From contig JASTWF010000036.1 in NCBI GenBank assembly GCA_030390025.1, positions 3,226,001-3,290,000 of the forward strand: a stretch of DNA of 64,000 nucleotides. The letters are read 5' to 3'. The notes under the pieces were generated by a model that did no database searches, had not been told where the DNA came from, and saw only the letters and a program-made list of their open reading frames with translations. Positions 39,637-51,734 of this stretch are shown piece by piece. Source of the DNA: Squalus acanthias (taxonomy: Eukaryota). Position numbers and translations under genes: made by a program. Within the stretch, counting starts at the first letter, position 1, and every line of letters begins with the position of its first letter.

Positions 39637-40263
39637 GGGGTAGAAATTCGTTGGTGCCTGGTTTCGGGTGCGAAGGCGGCCGATGCAAAATGTTTTTCAT
39701 TTTCATCTGGAGCCAGGACCTCCCGACTCCACAGCACTCCTAAGGCCACTGCCGGCTTTGATTGCCCCCCCGCCAGGCATTGAACCGGGAGGCCCGAAGC
39801 TGTCCCATAATTAGGCCTCAGGCCTCATATAAATAATCTGGGGGAGCAAGCAGCGCCTCCACAGGTAGCTCGCTCTACTGCAGGAACGAATTTCGGGTCA
39901 CCTGCCTCACAAATGCCTGAGGCCGGGCGGTGGGGGGGGTGGGGGGGTGGGGAAGGGGGCGCGATCGAGGCTGGCAGTGGCCCTCGGGAGTGCTGTGGAG
40001 TCGGGAGGAGCACTCCTGCTCCTCTGGCTCCAGATGAAAATGAAAAACATTTTTTTTGTACACTTACTTTTTTGGTGGCAGCCCAATTTCCCAGAGGGGT
40101 CCTAAAACACGTATCAGGCCCTTCATTAGCATATGCATGGAAAACAGCCCTCGGGCACCTTTCAGCCGTCCTTGGGGCGAAGGACATTGGTTACTGAAAT
40201 TGGCCCTCATTGCACCCGATTTACGCCCATAAAACTGACACAACGAGGTCAAATTTCTAGGCC
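39637..40263. mobile_element. MITE with internal inverted duplication, inserted into an old tRNA-like SINE head
   Basis: GGGGTAGAAATT / AATTTCTAGGCC; TSD CAT; 39688-39740 is complementary to 39987-40055. Confidence 0.75.
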
Positions 40264-40499
40264 CATAAGTTGAAATCCCACCATGGAAAGTTATGAATCT
40301 GAATTAATAAATTTGGTAATTTGTGGGTCAACATTGGATCATTGAATTCCAGGATATCTTTGTGGAATGAAAATTATACATAGTGAATTGGGTTTCCACC
40401 TTATTCAGGCTTCAGAGATGAAAGGAAGTTCTTCCAGCCTCACCACCTCAAGTTTACAGCTGAAGATTTCCAAAGATGACCATTAATCCTTTTTAAGAA

Positions 40500-41185
40500 T
40501 AACATAAGTAGTAAGAGCAGGAGTAGGCCATTCGGCCCCTCAAGCCTCATGGCTGATCTTCTACCTCAACTCCGTTTTCCTGCCCGATTCCCATATCCAT
40601 TGATTCCTTTAGTGTCCAAAAATCTCTCAAGCTCAGTCTTGAATATACTCAACGACTGAGCATCCACAGCCCTCTGGGGTAGAGAATTCCAAAGATTCAC
40701 AACCCTCTGAGTGAAGAAATTTCTCTTCATCTCAGTCTAAATGGCCGACCCCTTATTCTGAGACTATGACCCCTGTTTCTAGACTCCCCAGCCAGGGGAA
40801 ACAACCTCTCAGCATCTACCCTGTCAAGCTCTCTAAGAATTTTATATGTTTCAATGAGATCACCTCGCATTCTTCTAAATTCCAGAGAATATAGGCCTAG
40901 TCTACTCAATCTCTCCTCATAGAACAGCCCTCTCATCCCAGGAATCAGCCTGGTGAACCTTCGTTGCACTCCCTCTAAGGCAAGTATATACTTCCTTAGG
41001 TAAGATCATCAAAACTGTACACAGTACTCCAGGTGTGGTCCCACCAAAGCCCTGTATAATGGCAGCAAGACTTCCTGACTCTTATTCTCCAACCTTGCAA
41101 TAAAAGCAAACATACCATTTGCTTTCCTAATTGTTTGTTGTACCTGCATGTTAACTTTCTGTGATTCGTGTACAAGGACACCCAA
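40500..41185 (-). mobile_element. CR1 LINE 3' fragment
   Basis: DLGVLVHESQKV..LYRALVGPHLEYCVQF..QRRFTRLIPGM..RGDLIETYKI. Smaller CR1 tails at about 9752-9952 (+), 10880-11250 (+), 11965-12155 (+), 14660-15100 (-), 32820-33088 (+), 52065-52422 (-) and 52755-53124 (+). Confidence 0.88.
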
Positions 41186-42417
41186 ATCCATTTTACACAA
41201 GACAAGCTCATTTTATCACATCTACTTAGGAATCTTTCAAAAACATTTCCCAATATTAGGAATATATTTCAAGTGACCAGCCTTGATATCCTTAAAAACC
41301 AATTTCTTACACCCACCCTTTCCATGTGGAGAACACCAGGGTTCAGCACTGAGACCAGTTACTGAACTCTGGCACACTCACGTTAACTGAAACATTCTGG
41401 TGTCATTGCATGCAGAATGATCGGAAGCACTCCTTGCAGGCACAATGGCAGGCAGCCATACTCTCTGACAGCCAACTGTGTAATGGACTACCGGAATTGA
41501 GTGAAGCGCTTTTTTGACTGGGCAGACTTCCAACTAATGCACAAACATTCCTTTGGTATCACCAGAGCTTGGATCGTAATAGCTTGCTTGAAGTCAATTC
41601 GGCAGTCTGTTACAGTATTGCGGGCTGTGCACACAACTCACACACAACATCACTGCTTCCGTATGGTTCCTTGAACATCAATAATGTCACTCTTAGCAAG
41701 ACAGCTTCCTCACTGACAAGTAAGTTCAGGGTTAAGGGTCTCCCTGATCATTTTCTGTAGCCTGTCAAGGAAGCTGTAACTTCAAAATCTTCCCATTTTC
41801 AAGCTTGTTAACAGGTAAAATTGCTCTGAGCTGTACCGACATATATCTATTTCCTAAATGAGTCACATGAACAAATTTGTTCAGTTAGACTAAAATGGGC
41901 CTGATTGAGAGACGGGCGGCTCACTGTTTTCCCGTGTTCCTTAGAAACACTGGATAGCAGGAATCAGAACAACATTTTTTAAGACCTCGGGATACTTGGA
42001 TATGGTTGCTGTTCCAAACCTATTATCCCGCTGTCACCTTTTGATCCACTTTGTACTTCATCTCACTCCTAACCAAAATCAAAAATACCCCGTCTATCTA
42101 GGTCAGAGAAGCTCTGTTTAACTGTCCTGGCGCACTATTGCTTTTTTGACTGAGAGCGGCCATCTTTGGTGTGGATCAACATTAACCATAGGCCCAAATG
42201 ACTGACTATGATGTTACTCTCAGGAGCCTGACCAACAGGAAGCAGTGACATTCATGTGACCATCAAAGTGTGCAGAAATATGGCGACTCGGAAATGAAAC
42301 ACAACATGGAGATTTGTTTTTTTTCTTTTTTTTTGCCTTCACAAAATGTTTGGACACAGATACAGACACGAGAGGGAATGGCTGCACACTTTCCCTGCCA
42401 CATGCGCAGTTACAAAC

Positions 42418-42537
42418 CTAAGTAACTATGTTGGGCTACGTCGTGAGGACTTCGCGCTGGTTTCTCAGCAGGGTCCGGTGTCTTGTAAACCAGCTGATCA
42501 GGGTCTGAACTACTGGTAGTTGTCAGAAATATTAAAC
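42418..42537 (-). CDS. ITGA7: Integrin alpha-7 alternative exon X2 (120 bp)
   Basis: Long pyrimidine tract, cacag|GT TTA...TTA G|gtttgt. Translates LIFLTTTSSSDPDQLVYKTPDPAEKPARSPHDVAQHSYLG, with the SSDPDQLVYKT.DPA signature of X2. Symmetric phase 1-1. Confidence 0.94.
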
Positions 42538-43174
42538 CTGTGCATTCAAGATGGATGGGGAGGGGAAGAAGGGGGAAAAGAAGAAGACGAGTTAGAATCA
42601 AGAAGATAATGCACGACAGAGGGAGGTGACTGAACGAGCAGCTGAGGGTTCCCCACAGTTACATAATGGCGTCAATGACTTTCAAATCACAAAGTCAGAA
42701 AAGAAAATGCTGTACATTTCCGAACAAGCAGGAACTCATTCGCTACTCATGATGGCTCTGCATTATTTCCATTGCAGTTCCTGCTCCCAGGAATGTTGCC
42801 ACGTGACATTGCTAAAGAAGGCAAGCTGCTCCAAAGCTCTGCTGTAGAGTTGCCATGGTGGGCACTGTGCCAAGCTTGGGCAGCAACTGTGCACCATCGA
42901 GCAAGACAATGCCATTTAATGGAACTGTGAGGAGGGGCAGCATAACCCACAATGCAAGTGCAGGCCTTGTGTATGCACATGAGTAGCCTGGCAGTGATCG
43001 TGAACCCATCACTCATGGCTTCAAAATGGATGTCAGGAAACCGAAAATAGATTTTTATTTTGGTGGTGATTCTGGGTGGGGGGGCGGGGGGGCCATGTAA
43101 CCTAAATGGAATCCTCAGCCATCTTTGAATACCTCCAGTCGCCTCTCTCTGTCTGCACTGCATAGGTATCCTAC

Positions 43175-43306
43175 CTAAGTAACTATTGGCAGGTACAGGG
43201 ACCAGCTCAGCTTCCTGCTTCCTTTCATCACCCGCTTCGTATGGTCCGTCGTCATAGATGCCCAAGTGGACCAAAGAATGACTGAACAGTTCTGTCCGAA
43301 CATTAC
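43175..43306 (-). CDS. ITGA7: Integrin alpha-7 alternative exon X1 (132 bp)
   Basis: ttag|GT AAT...TTA G|gtagga. Translates NVRTELFSHSLVHLGIYDDGPYEAGDERKQEAELVPVPANSYLG, with the DDGPYEAG..PVPANSY signature of X1. Symmetric phase 1-1. Confidence 0.94.
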   Translation of the reverse strand, partial: VMFGQNCSVILWSTWASMTTDHTKRVMKGSRKLSWSLYLPIVT

Positions 43307-44926
43307 CTAAAAATATTGAGAGTTAAATGAAACAAATAAAAACAAACACAGAAAACAAAGCTTACACCTGGATTAACCTGCAACACTGCACGTGAGCAAC
43401 TGCACGCTGCCCAGATTCGGGTTTGGATTATGAGCAGGGCCTTTGACTCAGGGCTGCGGGTCAAGTGAGTCTTCGCCGCCTAATCCAGAGGTTTTCAAAC
43501 TAGGCTGGTTAGGCCATAAGGAATCCCCAAAGTTATCAAGAATTCTGATTTTTTTTTCTACGTGTTGACCAATTAGTCAGTGGTGGAGTTAGGTTTGTCT
43601 AACTGGGGGTGGGGTTGAACTCAAGATTTGGTCAACTTGGCAGGAAGGGGATCGAGGAAGGAGACCGAGCTGGGAACTGGGGAATGGTGACTTACCTGGT
43701 CCAAAGGCCGAGTCTTTGCAGGCCCAACCTGGACAGGTGACAGGAGGCTCCTGGGAGCGAAACGGAGGCTGTCCTCCAGAGTCACGTTGGCCAATCTTAA
43801 TCATGACCCCCGCGACTCTCCTACTGGCTCCGGCACTGCTATCAGGACATTATCTTCTTATACCAATCAAACACGTTTTCTGCAGCGATAGAGCACTGTT
43901 TTCCTTTGGGCGGCTAGCACTAACCTTTGGAAGTCAGGACAAGGGGCTCCCTGGATGTATGTCAATAGTTTGTACAGGGTCCTCAGCAATACATCAACAC
44001 TTGCAGGGGACCCTGGAAGCTTCAACTCTTCATAAATTGAAACCAATTGTAGATTCTTTGCTACTTACAGCACCTTGTAAGTGTATTTTTTTTTTAATAA
44101 GTCACACTTCATGGACTTCCCATTAAAATTCTGCCCCCACAAGAAAAATGGTAAAATGTAACTTTAAAACAAAACAGGTCCGCTGTGCAACATGAAGAAT
44201 TGTTCCCATTCAGATGTATAACGTAAACAGCCTTTCTCTGCGATTGAGGAATAAACCTGAAAGCTTTGGGAATAAACAGTTCGAATCCACGCGAGCAGGT
44301 ATGGGGCCTCCTCGGTGGAGTTAATGCCAACCTCCCAGGCTCAACTCATCGGGAGTGACAGTCACTCAGTTGGAACCCATAATGTCACTCACAGCTAATC
44401 CATTTAAATAAGCTTGGACCTGTGTCACTCTTAAATCATGAATCTGAACTCATAGCCTTCCCCGTCAGCTGTTAATGGGGTATGATTTTGTCCATTTTGT
44501 TTTTAAACTAATGTTTGTGTTAGCGATGGAATGTTTCAGTGCTGGGGGGGATGGAAACACTTGTGCTTTCAGGCTGGATGCAGAGTAAAGCTCCCTCTAC
44601 ACTGCCCAATAATGTGCCTTAAACCCCAAGCTCAGAAAAGCATCTCCCTCTGTATCAGTGTCACGTTGCCATTTCCAACACCACCAATCCTCAGATCGAG
44701 ATTCCCAATCTAACCGGTTTGGGGCCACGGGAACTGGGATCGAAACTGCACCAAACTCATCTCACATTGGCCCCTGTGAGAGGGCAGACTTTCTACGCCA
44801 TCAGTTTGGGTCGGATTCAAACCAAGGTCCCAAAGGTGAAAGGACACTGTGCTAATTCACTGCACCAGTTACCTGATCTTCTGGAATTCGATAGAACAGG
44901 AAACAAGTTGGGCCCATTGGAATGCT

Positions 44927-45666
44927 GACAGCTTCATGTTTCCATGCAGCCAGCTATCATGGAAGGAAGGACTTTTAGGCCAGTCCAATAGCACAAGCGG
45001 TAGCCTGTTTCTGTGACGAAGTCAGGGTAATGTCTGTCACACGAGATTGCTCCACCGCCCTTGAGCAGGCAGCTGGACGGAGTGCCTGCTACAAACCCCA
45101 TGTGCAGGGCAGGGATAGGGAGAGCACGAGCGGTCACCCGCTCCTCACCACACATAGCGGGCACGCTCGTGCTCTCGCCTTTTGCCCGCCGTGCGCGGTG
45201 GACGGTACGAGCGTCAGAATGCGGCTGCCCCGAGTCTCCCGCTTTCCAACTGCCTCCCAGTAGTTGCCAACAGCCGATCGAAGCTGCCTGAAGTCTCCGT
45301 CAGCTGTGTAACCACTGCGGGAGGCAGCGGGTGACTTCGGACAGCTTCAACATCGCTCAGGACGGAACTGCCCGAAGTAGCGCTTAATACGGCCTTTGTA
45401 ATCGGCGCCTACGGTGATGAGAAATGGCTCGCGCCAGTCACCTGATATGGGCGGCTGCTCGGGATAAGTGCGGGCAGTGCCAGTGGTGGGGACTGTACTC
45501 GTACCAGTGCAGGCCTGCCTCAGACCAACCAGTCGCACAATAGTACTGACAGCAGTGGAACCCTGTCCTCCCAGCCTCAGAGCTGAAAGAGGTGGCACAG
45601 CAGTGCTGTGGACAGAAGAGGAACTGGGATTCAAACTATATATATCTCTACGGTCATGAAGCTATC
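44927..45666. other. CpG-rich multi-hairpin element of unknown nature
   Basis: At least six nested or adjacent inverted repeats, bounded by GACAGCTTCATG / CATGAAGCTATC (see findings). Confidence 0.55.
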
Positions 45667-45808
45667 CTGTGATGATTCAACAGGGTGAGTGATGACCGCA
45701 TCACTCAACGATGTTATTATCTTGGTTGCCATAGCTAAGATACCAGTTAATTTTTTTCTCCCCCTCCCGCCCCCCCCCCCCCCACACACAAAATTGGAAA
45801 TAACTGAC

Positions 45809-46064
45809 CTTTCCAGTTGTACGTGCCCGGAGCGCCAAATAAAATGTAATGATCATCCGGTGTGAAGCCCGCCGCGATTCCCTGTTGGCAGTACCCAAAG
45901 CGCTGGTGACCCTGCGAGCGCCCTTCACAGAACTTCCAGTCCCCGCCATCCAGCTCGTCTTTGATTTTCAAGTCCTGGCTCAGCACGTAGCAGCGCCCAA
46001 TCATGTCTCGGGTTTCCGCCGACTGGTTGACGCGCTGCCTCACCTCGTAGCGATGAGCGCAGGT
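45809..46064 (-). CDS. ITGA7: Integrin alpha-7 coding exon (exon 4 by homology, 256 bp)
   Basis: ttgcag|ACC...AAA G|gtcagt. Translates TCAHRYEVRQRVNQSAETRDMIGRCYVLSQDLKIKDELDGGDWKFCEGRSQGHQRFGYCQQGIAAGFTPDDHYILFGAPGTYNWKG. ETRDMIGRC, DELDGG and WKFCEGR match recalled ITGA7 better than ITGA6. Confidence 0.96.
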
Positions 46065-46089
46065 CTGCAACCAAAACAGGACACTGACG

Positions 46090-46519
46090 TAGAATGTGCA
46101 GCACTGAAACAGGCCATTCGGCCCAACTGGTCCATGCCAGTGTTTGTACTCCACACGAGCCTCCTCCCACCCCTACTTCATCTCACCCCATCAACATATC
46201 CTTCTATTCCTTTCTCCCTCATGTGCTTATCCAGCTTTCCCTTAAATGCATCTATACTATTCGCTTCAACCACTCCCTGTGGTAGCGAGTTCCACATTCT
46301 CACCACTCTCTGGGTAAAGAAGTTTCTCCTGAATTCCCTATTGGATTTATTCGTGACTATCTTATATTTATGGCCCCTAGTTCTGGTCTCCCCCACAAGT
46401 GGAAACATCTCTATGTCCACCCTATCGAACCCCTTCATAATTCTGAAGACCTTTATCAGGTCATCTCTCAGTCTTCTCTTTTCTAGAGAAAAGAGTCCCA
46501 GCCTGTTCAATCTTTCCTG
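46090..46519 (-). mobile_element. CR1 LINE 3' fragment ending about 25 nt before the exon 4 acceptor
   Basis: Same subfamily as 2890-3281. Confidence 0.88.
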
Positions 46520-46569
46520 ATGGTTATCATCGTTATACTCTTTGGAAAGACCATCTGAAAGCTCCCCTT

Positions 46570-46950
46570 GTTTGCTCAGCAAGTTTATCCATACAGCGCA
46601 GGAGGGTCCCAGATTTGTTCCCCAGTCTGTGCTGAGTCAGTTGATCTCAGCTGGGGGTGGCAGTGGAGGGGTACAGGGGGACGCTGCAGTTGGCCTCAGC
46701 GCCCATGGGTTAGGGAGACCTGGCCGAGGGCTCTGCTCCTCACTGCCAACCAGTGCCTCCGGCTGCAAATGTGTGGATGTCGGACGAGGACAGGATTGGG
46801 CTCAGCTGCGATGCATCTGCAGTCGAATAGCCTGCTCACACGCACCATCAAGGCCCACACATGAAGAATGGCCACTTGTGAGATATCAGAAGGTGGCCAG
46901 CATCTGTGGAACTGTAACCCAGTAAGGAATCAATGCTTTCAGAAGAGAAC
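46570..46950 (+). mobile_element. Ancient, diverged SINE-like interspersed repeat
   Basis: Motifs GGTCCCAG..TGTGCTGAGTCAGTTGATCTCAGC and CACACATGAAGAATGGCCACTTG..GTGGAACTGTAACCC recur at about 2410-2880 (-), 11480-11810 (-), 27115-27400 (+), 27865-28180 (-), 38490-38815 (-) and 48110-48410 (-). Family not identified. Confidence 0.55.
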
Positions 46951-48740
46951 ATTTGGTAAGAAAAAAGAACAAAAAATGTTTAAACCAAATTTTTCTTTAA
47001 ATGGAGGGGAATGGGAATTGTGTGAGAGATGTCAGTGTTGAGGAATAATTTTCTGCTGTTGGGATCCAATATCAACATTAGGAACTCAACTTTGCCCTGA
47101 CAATGGATTTTAACTTCAACCTCAGAACAGCATCTCCTACTGTCCATTCCTGTCAACAGCCACCCTGCTTGAGTGGGGCAGCTAGTTTATCCTGTTTAGT
47201 GCCATATGTTACTAACTTATGGCCACTGGAAGCTGAGCTGCATGCCCAACTCCCTTCACTTGGGATCCTTGCAGCAAGGAGATATCTTCCCACTAATTTG
47301 GGATGGATTCAAAACCAGCAATACAGAAATGAAATAGTGTCCAAAGTCACTGCACCGTCCAGTCCTGGGGTTATTCGACCTCTACTGCCATTCCCGGCCT
47401 TGTTTTTGTACTTGAGTGGCCTGTTCCACTGCAACCTCCTTGATCCCAAAGTGTGGGCTGGTTTCAACTATGGCCAGTTGCAGTTAATGATGCTGTGCAG
47501 CCAACCAATAAGAGGTGACCTTGTACCAAGGTGACGTGAGTATGTCAGTTGACTGTGCCCAGCTGAGTTTGGGTAAAACTGGATCCCAACAAATAGCAAC
47601 AGGCAAATTTAAATAACAGGCCAGAATGGGATTTGAGCCCACAAGCATCCAGTCATGGGATAAGCTTTATGCTGATTATGCAACTAGATTGCCACAAATA
47701 GTTGCATGTGTTTTTAAAATGACTTTTTCCCCATTTATTTTCTCTTGACAGAGGGAAGTCTCATGATCAAGGCGCCTTTTCAAGTTCAAACAGTTTAAAA
47801 AGAAAATGATTCATTTTGACATCTTTTGATTTTATTTCCGTTCCCCCTTTGCTTAAATGGTGGATGCTGATGACATTGTCAGGGGAACTGGCTGGGGGGA
47901 GGGGAGCGCAGCGCCTGACAGTGTGAGGGAGTTCAGTTAATATAGGGAGAGACATGGGTTATCCATGAAGTGCCTCTGCTAACAGATCATTTTCACTCTC
48001 TTGTGTTAGTCAGCTCCCTCAGGCTCAGTAAGTTTTATTGTTTAATTTTTAAAAGGGATCCCGAGAGTGTCAAACAATTTTTAAAAAAAACGAACCCTCT
48101 CCTCCATTCGCCATTCTTCTCTATACTCCCCATGTCTCCTGAAGAGGCTGATTCATGTTGGGATACTGTTCCACAGTTGGCGGCAGACCCTCTATTTCCT
48201 TACTCTTCACGTGTGCGCCGAGGCAGTGACTGTCAACAGGCTGGGGACCGTCAAAGCCAATCCTCCATATCCGTGAACGTTCCAGTAGGAGTCACTGGAG
48301 GGCGATCAGGAGTGGGAATCTTGACTGGCCTTTCTACCACTCCTCCCCCCCCCCAGGCTCTGAGGCCAATTCGAGGTTTCCAACTGCTGCCACCGGACGA
48401 CCAGAGCGACTCCTCTGTCAAGTAAATGTCCGCCTAAACTCCTCACAGAAACTCTCTGAATTGAACATCTCCCTCATAACTGAGGTTAGTGTCAGCAAAA
48501 AGCAGAGCTGTTATAATTCTGTAACCAGCGCTGTATCATCATTTCTGATGCCACTCTTGAATAATCCATTTAAGAAACCTTGAAGGATTAAATTGATTTT
48601 GAATTCAGTAATTCCATTAGCATGACCTGTAACCAGTTCACAGCTGTTCAAAAACATAGTTCAAGATAACTGCATCTTCCATCGGGTAAGTTATTTTTAT
48701 TTAATCCCTCCAAAGCCTTGGCTTTTCATTATCAACTCAC

Positions 48741-48820
48741 CACAACTTTCCCTCCAATTCCTTGGCTTTTGACCGTCACCCCCAGCCATTGGTTTTCTTT
48801 ACTCTCCCTTTTCAGATCAA
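48741..48820 (-). CDS. ITGA7: Integrin alpha-7 coding exon (exon 3 by homology, 80 bp)
   Basis: ttttccag|TT GAT...GTT GTG|gtgagt. Translates DLKRESKENQWLGVTVKSQGIGGKVV, an FG-GAP segment of laminin-binding integrin alpha chains. Phase 1 to 0, joining exon 4 in frame. Confidence 0.93.
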
Positions 48821-49118
48821 CTGGAAAAGACAGAAGAATGTACAATGTGTCAGCCACTGCACGCTATTAATCTGGTCACACCAACTGATTGTCCAACGCG
48901 GCTTCCCTGCTGAACGCACTGCGCTGCACCAAATAACTACAGTTTTGTCTTTGGAACAAAATGTCTTGTGTTTGTCGTGTACATCGAGTCCACTCCCCAT
49001 GTCATGGCTGTAGACCCGCTCAATTCCCATCTTCCCCTTCGTTGGTTAAGTATTTAAGTCTGTGTTTTTTCTAATTGGTTATTTGATTTCATTATTGACC
49101 AATTACACAAAACCTTTT

Positions 49119-49936
49119 GGGCGCGATCTTGCCAGCCCTGGGGAGGTGGGTATGGAGGCGGGACTGCCGGGAAAATGGCAGTATCTGGGGGCGGGTGCCA
49201 AACCCGCCCCCCACTCGCCTCTGTGCCATCTTGCCAGGAGGCGGGTAGCCGTCCCGCGCCGGGTCCCGTCTCCTTGGAGGCGGGAAGGGATTACAGCCAC
49301 TTATCTGCCTGTTAACAGGTCATTAACGGGCAGATAAGAGGATTATCCCCATTTTACCCACACAAGTGCGGGCTTCCCAAAGGCTCCGAACCCCGCCAGG
49401 GTTACCGAGGCGAGCAGTGGGTCTGCGGGGTTCGGAGGGGTGCAAAAGTGCGCTGTGAAGGTAAGTGATGGGTGCAACTGTGGAGAGGTGCGTATCTGAG
49501 GTAAGTGGAAAGTGTTAGTAAAAGTTTACTTACCTTTATTTCTTCCTGCAGGCTTCAAGAGTTGGGGATGCGGAGAGTCTCGCACCTCCGCGGCAGAGAT
49601 GACAGATGGCTGCTGCATTTTCTGCTAAATAAAGAGGTTTGATGAGTCTTGATTTCAAGAACTCATCAAACTGCAGAGAATGTGTTTGACAGCTTCACAG
49701 AGCTGTCAAACGATGACAATTCATCTGTCAAAAATTTTTGACAGATGGAACGTCATACGTTGACGTTCTCTGTAACCGGCTTTCCCTTAATTGGCCTGCT
49801 AAGCCCGCTGGGCGGGCTTAACAAGGTCAATCAAGGGAAAATAGCGTGGGTTGGCCAGAAGTTGATGGAGGCGGGACTAAAACCCGACAAGTGGGAGTCC
49901 CGCCTCCAAAAGCTCCCCATTGGCAAAATCCAGTCC
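49119..49936. mobile_element. MITE, same family as 15939-16730, in opposite orientation
   Basis: Reverse-complement similarity along its length (ORF track 15846-16130 vs 49745-50011); TSD TTT. Confidence 0.82.
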
Positions 49937-51734
49937 TTTGTGTCAGTGAAAACAAATTCTGCCCAATCACATTTCAGCAAACAAATGTTCTCAGAGTTAC
50001 AACCATCGTGACAGTTCCCCACCCACCCACTATAAAAAAAACAAATAACGTTATAACATAATAAAAACCCTTCTGAAACAAAATCAAGTCCGTCTTCAAA
50101 CAACAACAACTTGTATTTATATAGCGCCTTTAATGTAGTAAAACGTCCCAAGGCGCTTCACAGGAGCGATTATCAAACAAAATTTGACACCGAACCACAT
50201 AAGGAGATATTAGGACAGGTGACCAAAAGCTTGGTCAAAGAGGTAGGTTTTAAGGAGCTTCTTAAAGAAGGAGAGAGAGGTAGAGAGGCGGAGAGGTTTA
50301 GGGAGGGAATTCCAGAGCTTAGGGCCCAGGCAGCTGAATGCACGACTGCCAATGGTGGAGCGATTAAAATCAGGGATGCTCAAGAGGCCAGAATTGGAGG
50401 AGCGCAGAGATCTCGGAAGGTTGTAGGGCTGGAGGAGGTTCCATGAAGACTCCTGATCACGGCGATATTCTTCTCCTGTACTTCACAGTCCAGCCCAACC
50501 AGCTGAGGCCCAACCCCTGAGTCAAACACCCCACGACAACTCCTGTGAACCACCCTGCATGCAAAATTGCACAACGGTGCGATAAGGCTAATGGGACGTA
50601 ATCAAGCCATCAAACAACATCGCCCACAGCCATCATGTGTCACTGGCCAAGGCTTCCCTGCTCGTTCCTTCCAGATCTCAGACCTGAACTCGTTGCCTCC
50701 CCTTTTCCTGACTTACAGACCCCACTCAATCTGATTTGGCTCCCCACATATAAGCCTGCTCTCACCGCCCTCCCTCCTGATACAAGTCCCACCCTCCCAC
50801 CAGATCCTCTCGCAAGCTCAACTCCAGCTCTCCCATCATTCCTGTCTCAGTGCTTCTCCTCACTCTGGACTTGGCCCCTGCTCCTGATCCGTATTTCAGG
50901 GTTTCCCTTCCTTCCCGATTAAAGAAAGAACTCATTTAAACATACTTTAAACCAATAGGAGGATTCACAAAACAATCACTTCAAAAGTAAACTGAGGTTT
51001 GCAAGTCAAGTGTGAGAAGAAAGGAAAAAATTATGCAAAAGACAAACAGAACAAAAGGAATTAGGGAGGAACCGATTACTTTTAAGGTTTTTCAATTCTG
51101 TTTTATTTTTGTCAATGAGCAACAACATGGGAGATCAACTCATTTATTTTACGACTCATCTACACTTTGTTCTATGAAATGTCTTCATGCATCAATGGGC
51201 CTCAGATAACTGTGGTATTAGCCAATCACTGGTTGTGGTGGTTACTCAAAGGTCAGCATTACCTTTGTACTCAGACCCAGCAGCTTTGTATCTCCTTTCA
51301 TATCCCTTGGCATTACATTCATTACATCCACAAGATGGAATGACATAGGCGCAAGACCATCTCACCCTTGTGTTCAAATCCCTCCGTGGCCTCGTCCCCT
51401 CCCTATCTCTGTAACCTTCTCCAGCCCCACAACCCTCCGAGATCTCTGCACTCCTCCAATTCTAACCTCTTCAGCATCCCCGATTTTAATCGCTTCACCA
51501 TTGGCGGCTGTGCCTTCAGCTGCCTGGGCCCTAAGCTCTGGAATTCACTCCCTAAACCTCTCCGGCTCTCTCTCCCCCTTTAAGACGCTCCTTAAAACCT
51601 ACCTCTTTGACCAAGCTTTTGGCCACATGTCCTAATATCTCCTTATGTGGCTCGGTGTCAAATTTTGTTTGATAATCGCTCCTGTGAAGTGCCTTGGGAC
51701 ATTTTACTAAGTTATAGGTGCTATATAAATGCAA

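Noticed and set aside
42747..43274. 175-aa ORF as a separate gene
   Set aside because: It is exon X1 reading through into intron.
43690..43804. Third alternative exon suggested by a perfect CAG|GTAAGT donor at 43696
   Set aside because: There is no convincing upstream acceptor and the translation has no integrin similarity.
3467..48820. Assignment to ITGA6 or ITGA3
   Set aside because: Residues ETRDMIGRC, WKFCEGR, DPDQLVYKT.DPA and APYFFER fit recalled ITGA7. A phylogeny would confirm this.
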